Positions 10,438 through 17,858 of a stretch of DNA of 20,000 bases are shown in pieces (position 1 is the stretch's first letter; each line of letters opens with the position of its first letter). Below the pieces are notes generated by a model that was not told the origin of the DNA, searched no databases, and worked only from the letters and a program-made list of their open reading frames with translations. The position numbers and the translations under genes are program-made. Source of the DNA: an uncultured virus (IMG/VR IMGVR_UViG_3300027969_000053) (Duplodnaviria > Heunggongvirae > Uroviricota > Caudoviricetes); IMG/VR virus record IMGVR_UViG_3300027969_000053. The stretch is one strand, 5' to 3'.

Positions 10438-11266
10438 TCAACTTGGCAATAATGGAAGACTTGGGAATCAAATGTTCCAATATGCTGCACTAAAAGGTAT
10501 CGCACATCGTAGAGGATTTGATTATTGTATTCCCCCATTTGACCAACAAGGAATTGATAATTATGGACTTGGTGATGCCTTTAATATTAAATCTTTTACT
10601 GGTATAGCAAATCTTCCATCAGTTGGAGAACCTCATTTTCATTACAGTGAAGAATTTCACAATACTTGTCCAGATGATGTTACTCTTGTTGGATATTTCC
10701 AAACTGAAAAATATTTCAAAGATATTGAAGACCAAATCCGCCAAGACTTTATTTTTAGAGATGAATGGATGGAACCCTGTAAGGGGTTTCTTCAAGAGTT
10801 TGAGGGACAAGAGATCGCTTTCCTTCATGTTCGCCGTGGAGATCCAAATCTAGTGGATCGTAGGGGATTTAAATGGGCATACGTGAATTGTTCCGATCAA
10901 CATCCAGTTCAATCTTTGGAATATTATGAGGAGGCAATCAAGAGATTGCCAGAAGATATGCCGATACTTGTTTTTTCTGATTCAATTGAATGGTGTAAAG
11001 AACAAGAATTCTTTCAACCAGATAGATTTTTATTTTCGGAATCAGAAGACAAATATTCAGATGGCGCTTTGGTTCCATATGTTGATTTGTGCTTGATGTC
11101 CTTGTGTGATCATGCTATAATTGCTAATAGTAGTATGAGTTGGTGGGGTGCTTGGTTGATGAAAAATCCAAACAAAAAAGTAATCGCACCAAAAATGTGG
11201 TTTGGAACAGCATATTCTCACCACATCACAAAAGACATTTACTGCGATAATTGGGAGATTATTTGA
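10424..11266 (+). CDS. GT11 family alpha-1,2-fucosyltransferase-like glycosyltransferase
   Basis: GRLGNQMFQYA, GYFQTEKYF, HVRRGD, VFSDSIEWCK, NSSMSWWGAWL. Confidence 0.9.
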   Translation: MLACNQLGNNGRLGNQMFQYAALKGIAHRRGFDYCIPPFDQQGIDNYGLGDAFNIKSFTGIANLPSVGEPHFHYSEEFHNTCPDDVTLVGYFQTEKYFKDIEDQIRQDFIFRDEWMEPCKGFLQEFEGQEIAFLHVRRGDPNLVDRRGFKWAYVNCSDQHPVQSLEYYEEAIKRLPEDMPILVFSDSIEWCKEQEFFQPDRFLFSESEDKYSDGALVPYVDLCLMSLCDHAIIANSSMSWWGAWLMKNPNKKVIAPKMWFGTAYSHHITKDIYCDNWEII

Positions 11267-12093
11267 TGATTTATATTTCTGGGTCTAATGGATTGATCGG
11301 AACAGAACTGACAAAAAATATTCAAAACTATATTCCAATCTCTTATAGGAATCAATATCCAGAAATAAATTTTTTATCGAATTCTACATTGATTCATTTA
11401 TCTTCATCAACCACTCCTAGAAATAGTTTTGGTGAATTGCAATCATCATTTAATAGTGATGTTTTGATTCCTTTTGAATTGTTTCAAAATTATTTAAAAG
11501 TAAATTCAAATGGAAGAATTATTTTTCTTTCTACTGCTGGGGATTTACATAGTTCTGAATTTGATGTTTGGTCTAATGAAGAATCAGAACCTATTCCAAA
11601 GTCAATTTATGGCGCACATAAATTACTTTTAGAACATTGTACAAAGTTACTTCATAGTCAATATGATTTTACGAGTATAGTTTTAAGAACTACAAATGTT
11701 TATGGTGGAAAGATTGACCCAAAAAGAGTGAATGGATTGATTGATAAATTGATTTCAAATAATAATGAAATCGTAATAACATCAAATATTAAAACGACAG
11801 TTAATTTTATTCATATTAGTGATTTGATTAGTTTAATTTTGCAATCATTGGATGCGAATCTTAAAGGATTTAATTTATTTTTGGTTGGCAGTGAAAAATC
11901 CATTTCTATTCAGGATTTGATTGAAAAAATATCATCATATATTTCTCCAAATATTGTATTTAAAAATGAGAATTCAAATCCCTCATACATAAACATAGAC
12001 ACCTCAAAGGTGCAAAAATATCTCAATTGGAAATGCAAATATTCAATTGATAGTGGTATAATTAAACAAGTACAATCTTTGAATTCTTTATGA
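11266..12093 (+). CDS. NAD-dependent epimerase/dehydratase (divergent SDR)
   Basis: Likely start is ATG 11266 (TGATG overlap). GSNGLIG, FLSTAG, YGAHK (YxxxK), NVYG, NFIHISD. Confidence 0.75.
   Translation: MIYISGSNGLIGTELTKNIQNYIPISYRNQYPEINFLSNSTLIHLSSSTTPRNSFGELQSSFNSDVLIPFELFQNYLKVNSNGRIIFLSTAGDLHSSEFDVWSNEESEPIPKSIYGAHKLLLEHCTKLLHSQYDFTSIVLRTTNVYGGKIDPKRVNGLIDKLISNNNEIVITSNIKTTVNFIHISDLISLILQSLDANLKGFNLFLVGSEKSISIQDLIEKISSYISPNIVFKNENSNPSYINIDTSKVQKYLNWKCKYSIDSGIIKQVQSLNSL
12054..12062 (+). promoter_or_regulatory. Possible extended -10 promoter element
   Basis: TGgTATAAT at 12054-12062, about 28 nt upstream of the GT6 start; the -35 region is poor. Confidence 0.3.
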
Positions 12094-12809
12094 AAATTGC
12101 TATTTCATTTTTTGGGACAGGAAGTTATTTGAATTTTCTTCCTAATTGGTATACGTCCATTCATGATAATTTTCTTCCAGGTGTAGAAAAAAAGTTTATT
12201 GTATTTACAGATGGAGAGGGTGATTTTCCAGAAGATGTTACTAAAATAGAAATAGAACATTTTGGGTGGCCTGATGTTTTTTACAAAACATTTGAAACAA
12301 TCTTGAAAGCAAAAGAAATTATTTCTGAATGCGATTGGTTTATTTCTATTGATGCGGATATGATTGTTAATGGCAAAGTATCTATTGAAGAATTTATTGA
12401 TGAAACCAAAGATTATATTGGAGTTCATCATCCTTGTGCTTATTTAAAACTTCCACCACACGACAAATATCCAGGATCTTTTGATGTAAATCCACTATCA
12501 AATGCTTACATCACCGAAGATATGGATACTTCTGTTTATTATCAAGGATGTTTATGGGGTGGAAAGGTTCCTGAAATTATTGAAATGATGGAACTTTTAG
12601 ATGAATGGACAAAGAAAGATATTGAAAAGAATTCTACTCCCGTTTGGTATGAAGAATCTTATTTTAATAAGTTTTTTATTACAAACAAAGAAAGAGTACA
12701 TACACTTCCTCCGTCATTTGCTTATCCAGAAGACTTTAAACAATATTGCGATTTTGAAGAAAAAATCACACATATCTCTAAAAATAATCAACAATATCAT
12801 AATCAATGA
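12090..12809 (+). CDS. GT6 family glycosyltransferase (ABO/alpha-1,3-Gal(NAc) transferase fold)
   Basis: FGTGSY, VFTD, GWP, DAD, HP, YYQGCLWGG, WYEESYFNKFF (cf. GT6 WHDESHLN). Confidence 0.82.
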   Translation: MKIAISFFGTGSYLNFLPNWYTSIHDNFLPGVEKKFIVFTDGEGDFPEDVTKIEIEHFGWPDVFYKTFETILKAKEIISECDWFISIDADMIVNGKVSIEEFIDETKDYIGVHHPCAYLKLPPHDKYPGSFDVNPLSNAYITEDMDTSVYYQGCLWGGKVPEIIEMMELLDEWTKKDIEKNSTPVWYEESYFNKFFITNKERVHTLPPSFAYPEDFKQYCDFEEKITHISKNNQQYHNQ

Positions 12810-13588
12810 CTATGACTAAAAATTTATCAGTTTATTATCATATCTGGAGTCCTGGCGGAACGGATCTTTGGAAATTGATGGTAGACGAACAACTTAAAAG
12901 AATTTATCGCAATGGACTTACGGAAAGTGCTTCTATCTATTGCGCTATTAATGGACCACAAGCAAACCGAATTGCAGAATATATCTCCATCTATGATTGG
13001 TTAAATGTTCTTGATGTTTCAATTGATGAAAGTGAGTATGAAGGATTCACTTTAAAGAGAGCATACGAAGAGGCACATTTCAATCCAGATTTGAAAGCAG
13101 TTGCTTATCTTCATACAAAAGGCATTAGTCATATGTGTGGAGTTCGGGATCATTACTCTGATCGTAAGTTTAGAGCAGTGAATAGTTGGAGACATCAAAT
13201 GGAATGGGGCATTCTTGATCGGTGGAAAGAAGCGGTAGAAAAACTTGACGAATATCAAGTTTCTGGTGTAAATTATTGTTTGGATCCTTGGCCTCATATG
13301 AGTGGAAACTTTTGGTGGGCACGGGCGGATTATCTTAAAACTTTAATTCATCCCACTAGAGATAGATTTCCAAATGACAATAGAGATTTTGGACCAATTC
13401 AAAGAATGAATTTTGAAAAATGGATTGGACTGAATAATCCAAAATCTTTCAGTTTTTACGATGCTCCATTTAGTTATGATTTTAAAGGAATGACACCAGA
13501 TGTACAACCAACACCCCCAGGAGAACCGCATTGGTTCTGGTTGTACCGAGACGACATTGAACCCTATTATAGAAAGGAAGGTAACTGA
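12806..13588 (+). CDS. Hypothetical protein, probable glycosyltransferase-like
   Basis: YEGFTL, YLHTKG, SWR, HMSGNFWWARADY, EKWIG; motifs typical of viral glycan-island proteins. Confidence 0.55.
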   Translation: MTMTKNLSVYYHIWSPGGTDLWKLMVDEQLKRIYRNGLTESASIYCAINGPQANRIAEYISIYDWLNVLDVSIDESEYEGFTLKRAYEEAHFNPDLKAVAYLHTKGISHMCGVRDHYSDRKFRAVNSWRHQMEWGILDRWKEAVEKLDEYQVSGVNYCLDPWPHMSGNFWWARADYLKTLIHPTRDRFPNDNRDFGPIQRMNFEKWIGLNNPKSFSFYDAPFSYDFKGMTPDVQPTPPGEPHWFWLYRDDIEPYYRKEGN

Positions 13589-13589
13589 T

Positions 13590-14312
13590 ATGACTTTTGG
13601 ATGCTTTCATACAGTGTATGAAAATAAAAGAGCAACAGAGTTTATTTTGCAAGAGTTTAGAAAATATTATCCAGATGCTCCTTATACTTTGATTTGTGAT
13701 GGTGGAGTAGATTACTCTGATCTTGCTGTAAAGTACAATTGTAAATATATTCATTCGTATATGCATATTGGCAGAAGAAATTCTGGGGATCCTTCTGGAA
13801 TTTATGGATTCACAAAGGATGAAAGTCTTCATTGGATTCATATGTTTAGGGAGGCAGCAAGACACGTTAAAGAAAATGGTGGAACACATATGATTATGAT
13901 GGAAGATGATGTTCTCACTCAAGGTGAAGTGAAAATTAATCCAATTTGGGAATGTGCTGGATTTGATGTTCCGGGAAATAAAATTTCTCCTGGTCTTTTG
14001 AAGTTTATTGAAGAAAAGTATAATGCAAAACCAAATGTTGATTGGTATGGTGCTGGTGGCGGAACCATTTATAATATTGAAACATTTTTAGATAACTATC
14101 ATAAAATCTATGATTTTATTGATTTTGATTTTGAAAATATTCTAGAAAATATGGATTATAGATTTGGTTGGTTGGATCTTTATATGCAAATTGCTTATTT
14201 TGTAATTGGTAAACATTATTCAATTAATACAAATTTAACTGAAGTTTGGAAAACACCAAACTTTAGGGATAGTGAATTTACTCTTGTTCATGCTTATAAG
14301 GAATTATACTGA
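13590..14312 (+). CDS. Putative GT-A fold glycosyltransferase
   Basis: Likely start is ATG 13590, 1 nt after the previous stop. LICDGG, MMEDDV, GAGGG, C-terminal LVHAYK. Confidence 0.55.
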   Translation: MTFGCFHTVYENKRATEFILQEFRKYYPDAPYTLICDGGVDYSDLAVKYNCKYIHSYMHIGRRNSGDPSGIYGFTKDESLHWIHMFREAARHVKENGGTHMIMMEDDVLTQGEVKINPIWECAGFDVPGNKISPGLLKFIEEKYNAKPNVDWYGAGGGTIYNIETFLDNYHKIYDFIDFDFENILENMDYRFGWLDLYMQIAYFVIGKHYSINTNLTEVWKTPNFRDSEFTLVHAYKELY

Positions 14313-15289
14313 TGAAAATTGCATTTATTGGACCTGGAATTATGCCCATTCCTCCTGATGGGTGGGGGGCAGTTGAATCTTTAATCTGGGAAATTGCTTG
14401 TGAACTTGGGGAAATGGGTCATAGTGGAACAATTATTAATGATCCAAATTTGAATGAAATTATTAAAACAGTCCAACAAGATGAGTACGATTTCATTCAT
14501 TTATTTTATGATGTTTTTCACCCAATTATGGATGAGATTAAAAGGTTGTGTCCCAAATCTATAACTGCGATTAGTAGTGCTTATCCTTATGTGGATCAAT
14601 TTCAATTTCATCAAAGAGATGGATATGATAAAACATATAAGTGGTTGATTGAACAAAAAAATCATTATAATTTTTGTTTGTCTGATAAAGATTTTGAAAC
14701 ATTTAAAAAGGGTGGAGCAGACGAATCAAAACTTTTGAGACTTGGACTTGGTGCTCAACATAAGAATTTTAAATTTAATATTGAATGCGAAAAACCAAAT
14801 AAAACCCTATATATGGCAAAAATTGAAGTTAGAAAACGTCAATGGGTCTATCAGTCAATTGATAGCATTGAGTTTGTTGGTAGATATTCTCCCACAACTA
14901 CATTTGATAAACTTCATAAAAGTTATATTGGAGAGTGGACAACAGAACAAAAACACGAAAATGTAACCAAGTATGCAAATTTACTTCTTCTTTCTGATGG
15001 TGAAAATGGGACTCCGCTCGTAATTAAAGAGGCACTTGTTTCTGGTATTGGTGTGGTTTGTTCTAAGTATGCTGCTTATGATTTGGATCATAGTCTTCCA
15101 TTTATTACAGTTGTTCCTGATGATAAATTAAATGACTTGAATTATGTGAGTAATGCAATTAAAGAAAATCGTGAAGTATCTGTGAACATGCGACAGCAAA
15201 TTCATGAATATGGTGTAAATAATTTTTCTTGGGAGAATATTGTAAAACCTTATATTCAAACTATTGAAAAATTGGAGAGTGTTCAGTGA
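14312..15289 (+). CDS. GT4-like glycosyltransferase (paralog 1)
   Basis: IGPGIMPIPPDGWGAVE, AKIEVRKRQ, LLSDGENGTPLVIKEALVSG (Ex7-8E), FSWE. Confidence 0.85.
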   Translation: MKIAFIGPGIMPIPPDGWGAVESLIWEIACELGEMGHSGTIINDPNLNEIIKTVQQDEYDFIHLFYDVFHPIMDEIKRLCPKSITAISSAYPYVDQFQFHQRDGYDKTYKWLIEQKNHYNFCLSDKDFETFKKGGADESKLLRLGLGAQHKNFKFNIECEKPNKTLYMAKIEVRKRQWVYQSIDSIEFVGRYSPTTTFDKLHKSYIGEWTTEQKHENVTKYANLLLLSDGENGTPLVIKEALVSGIGVVCSKYAAYDLDHSLPFITVVPDDKLNDLNYVSNAIKENREVSVNMRQQIHEYGVNNFSWENIVKPYIQTIEKLESVQ

Positions 15290-16239
15290 AAATCTGCATC
15301 ATTGGTCCTGGATTTTCTCAAATTCCACCAGTTGGTTGGGGTGCTGTTGAAATTGTAATTTGGGATACAGCAAATACGTTGAAAGAATTAGGACATCAAG
15401 TAGATATTATTAATACTACTGATCCCCAACAAATTCTTTCAACAATTAATCAAATTAATCCGGATTTTGTTCACGTTCATTATGATGATTATGTCTTCTT
15501 GTATCCATATATTCAATTTCCAAAAGCAATTACAACGCATTATGGATATCTAGAAAGACCAGAAATGTATGGTGCTTACTCATATAAAGCAAATGGATTT
15601 GCAAATATCAAACCAAATGTTTTTGCTTTGTCTGATGGTATTAAAAGTATCTATCAAAATCAAATGAGAATTCCGGAACAAAACTTATATACTGTTCCAA
15701 ATGGTGTGATTAATGAGAATTTTAAATTTACTAATACACCAGAATTTCCAAATAGATCAATCTACCTAGCAAAAGTAGATTACAGAAAGAGGCAGTGTTT
15801 ATTTCAATCAATATCTTCAATTTATTATGCTGGAAATATTGTAGATGAAAGATTTGATAGAAATAAAAATTATCTTGGGGAATGGTCAAAAGAAGATTTG
15901 TATAATAATTTAACTGATTATGCGAATCTTATTTTACTCTCTGATGGTGAAGCACATCCACTTGTTTGTATGGAAGCACTCTCTGCTGGATTGGGTCTTG
16001 TGATTTCTGAATGGGCAACTGCTAATTTGGATTTAAATAAAGATTTCATTACTGTTATTCCTGAAAGTAAAATTATAGACTTGGAATATGTGTCTTTAAA
16101 AATTGAAGAAAATAGAACAATATCTTTACAAAAAAGAAATGAAATAGTAGAGTATTCAAAAGAATTTGCTTGGAAAAAACAAATTGAAAACTATTATATT
16201 CCTGCTGTAAAACAAGTTATGCAAAAATCTAATGGATAA
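15286..16239 (+). CDS. GT4-like glycosyltransferase (paralog 2)
   Basis: GTG start; IGPGFSQIPPVGWGAVE, VPNG, AKVDYRKRQ, LLSDGEAHPLVCMEALSAG, FAW. Confidence 0.85.
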   Translation: MKICIIGPGFSQIPPVGWGAVEIVIWDTANTLKELGHQVDIINTTDPQQILSTINQINPDFVHVHYDDYVFLYPYIQFPKAITTHYGYLERPEMYGAYSYKANGFANIKPNVFALSDGIKSIYQNQMRIPEQNLYTVPNGVINENFKFTNTPEFPNRSIYLAKVDYRKRQCLFQSISSIYYAGNIVDERFDRNKNYLGEWSKEDLYNNLTDYANLILLSDGEAHPLVCMEALSAGLGLVISEWATANLDLNKDFITVIPESKIIDLEYVSLKIEENRTISLQKRNEIVEYSKEFAWKKQIENYYIPAVKQVMQKSNG

Positions 16240-17029
16240 AAACAAATCTACCTACAAACTTCAAGGAATTGGTCCAATTTATTACATTAATCTTGATGGA
16301 CAACCAGAAAGAAAACAATATGTAGAAGATCAATTTGAGTATTGGGAAATTGAAAATTACACTCGTATTTCTGCTTATGATGGTCGTAATGATGATTTAA
16401 GTGATATTATATCTGGTCGTTATCCAGATAATATGACTTCTGGTGAGATTGGGTGTGTCACCTCCCACCTTAAAGCAATCAAGCATTGGTACGAAACAAC
16501 AGATAGTCCATATGCAATTATTATGGAAGATGATGTTGATCTGCAACTTGTAAAGAATTGGGATTTTTCTTGGAAAGATTTTTACTCATTGATTCCCTAT
16601 GATTGGGATGTAGTTCAACTTGCTATTATTTGTACTGGACCTTTACATATCAAACTTCATAAAAGATTTGTAAATAACTTTTCTACTGCCGCTTATATGA
16701 TTAATCGGCATCACGCAGAAAAACTTTTAAAGTTTCATATTCGGGGTGATAAGTATAAACTTGATAATGGATGCAAACCAAGAGCGGTTGCAGATGATCT
16801 AGTTTATAATTCTGGAAATACTTATAGTATTCCTTTACTTCTTTATAAAATTCAATTGGGTTCTTCTATTCACCCAGAGCACGTTGATATTTTTCACAAA
16901 TCAAGTCACGATGGTCTCTTAGAATTTTGGCAACAGAAAGGGGCAGGATTGAATATTCGGGAACTGATGGATTATGATCCTTATCTTGGTAGAATTACTG
17001 AAAATGTTCCAGAACAAAGTAACACTTGA
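16232..17029 (+). CDS. GT25 family glycosyltransferase
   Basis: YYINLD..ERK, RISAYDG, GEIGCVTSH, IMEDDV, WDVVQL, STAAYMI. Confidence 0.85.
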   Translation: MDKNKSTYKLQGIGPIYYINLDGQPERKQYVEDQFEYWEIENYTRISAYDGRNDDLSDIISGRYPDNMTSGEIGCVTSHLKAIKHWYETTDSPYAIIMEDDVDLQLVKNWDFSWKDFYSLIPYDWDVVQLAIICTGPLHIKLHKRFVNNFSTAAYMINRHHAEKLLKFHIRGDKYKLDNGCKPRAVADDLVYNSGNTYSIPLLLYKIQLGSSIHPEHVDIFHKSSHDGLLEFWQQKGAGLNIRELMDYDPYLGRITENVPEQSNT

Positions 17030-17054
17030 CAAGTCTTAACATTTCCTATATAAT
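17026..17054 (+). promoter_or_regulatory. Consensus sigma70 (early-type) promoter of the hli cluster
   Basis: TTGACA (17026-17031), 17 nt spacer, TATAAT (17049-17054); the -35 box overlaps the GT25 stop codon. Confidence 0.85.
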
Positions 17055-17081
17055 TGTGTAGTAAAACTTCATAAAACAAAA

Positions 17082-17291
17082 ATGACTGTAACAACCAATG
17101 AGCGCGGGCAAAATAATATGTGGGCACTTGAGCCAAAAGTTTATATTTCTGATGAAGATGCAATCAAATATGGAATTAAAACTTATGCCGAACGTGCAGA
17201 GCTTGCTAATGGAAAATTTGCGATGCTTGGATTTGTTGCCGCAATTATATCTTATGCGACAACAGGACACCTCTTTTTTGGTGTAATCTAA
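17082..17291 (+). CDS. hli: High-light inducible protein (Hlip), long form
   Basis: MTVTTNERGQNNMWALEP N-terminus and AERAELANGKFAMLGFVAA...TG helix motif. Confidence 0.92.
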   Translation: MTVTTNERGQNNMWALEPKVYISDEDAIKYGIKTYAERAELANGKFAMLGFVAAIISYATTGHLFFGVI

Positions 17292-17377
17292 TGGGAGAAG
17301 CAATCTTTACCATCGCAAGCATTGCCTTCTTTGTGCTTCTTTCACATTCTATCAATCAACTTTCAGAAACTTACTAA
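17291..17377 (+). CDS. 28-aa hydrophobic microprotein MGEAIFTIASIAFFVLLSHSINQLSETY (not in the ORF track)
   Basis: The ATG overlaps the hli stop (TAATG); the ORF fills the gap between the two hli genes and has one predicted TM helix. Confidence 0.65.
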   Translation: MGEAIFTIASIAFFVLLSHSINQLSETY

Positions 17378-17390
17378 CGGAGAAACAAAA

Positions 17391-17510
17391 ATGAAATTCG
17401 GATTTACCCCTGAGGCAGAACTTCTTAATTCTCGCCTCGCAATGCTTGGATTTGTAATCGCAGTTGGCACTTATCTCGCCACTGGGCAAATTCTGCCTGG
17501 AGTATGGTGA
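17391..17510 (+). CDS. hli: High-light inducible protein (Hlip), short form, 39 aa
   Basis: ATG 17391 preceded by GGAGA; MKFGFTPEAELLNSRLAMLGFVIAVGTYLATGQILPGVW. Confidence 0.93.
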   Translation: MKFGFTPEAELLNSRLAMLGFVIAVGTYLATGQILPGVW

Positions 17511-17549
17511 GACCCTAACACAAGTAAGCAATTATACTTATTCTTTGCT

Positions 17550-17582
17550 ATCCTCACTCTAAATAAGGGTGAGGATTTTTTT
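17550..17582 (+). terminator. Rho-independent terminator after hli, with TAAATA at the loop
   Basis: Stem ATCCTCACTCT / AGGGTGAGGAT, loop AAATA, followed by a T-run. Confidence 0.8.
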
Positions 17583-17591
17583 GTTTGGACG

Positions 17592-17666
17592 ATGTATAAT
17601 ATATTGGAGATTTATTTTTTAGTCATTTTTGTCGTTCTGGTGCTGAAGGCAGCGACTTTCAAATGA
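17592..17666 (+). CDS. Possible 24-aa hydrophobic microprotein MYNILEIYFLVIFVVLVLKAATFK
   Basis: ATG...TGA frame about 27 nt downstream of a TAAATA motif, with GGA just upstream and a hydrophobic core. Very short. Confidence 0.35.
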   Translation: MYNILEIYFLVIFVVLVLKAATFK

Positions 17667-17670
17667 CCCC

Positions 17671-17704
17671 TTGACAGGACCCAGGGACCGTGCTATGATA
17701 AATA
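17671..17704 (+). promoter_or_regulatory. psbA promoter: sigma70 promoter overlapped by a T4-like late-promoter motif
   Basis: TTGACA (17671-17676), 17 nt spacer, TGcTATGAT (17691-17699); ATAAATA at 17698-17704. Confidence 0.8.
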
Positions 17705-17740
17705 AGTCAGGAAACGAAGACAAATCTTTACGTTTCTTAA

Positions 17741-17850
17741 CCTTCTGTAACCGAGATCATCAGAAGTAAAGCGTCTCTCATATCCGTACTGGAGGGTGGT
17801 ACGGAAATAACTGTAACATTCAGTTCCCCCTGAATTCTTATTTACCCTTT
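17741..17850 (+). ncRNA. Structured psbA 5' leader, probably the PhotoRC-II RNA motif
   Basis: Stems CTTCTG/CAGAAG, TCCGTAC/GTACGGA and ATTCAG/CTGAAT; loop-to-downstream complementarities GAGA/TCTC and AGGGT/ACCCT; located directly upstream of a cyanophage psbA. Confidence 0.65.
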
Positions 17851-17858
17851 AACGAAAA

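Noticed and set aside
1..17029. Bacterial O-antigen or capsule locus
   Set aside because: No wzx, wzy, wzm or wzt genes are present, and the flanking hli-psbA-EndoVII arrangement with late-promoter motifs indicates a cyanophage.
1114..17303. Minus-strand ORFs in the track (e.g. 1114-1377, 2000-2305, 3041-3376, 8786-9322, 12105-12431, 13482-13922, 17046-17303)
   Set aside because: All lie antisense to well-supported + strand genes, lack motifs and look like shadow frames.
9544..17390. Longer ORF-track starts at 9544, 11251, 13500 and 17322
   Set aside because: Downstream ATGs (9580, 11266, 13590, 17391) fit stop-start coupling or an RBS and the family N-termini better.
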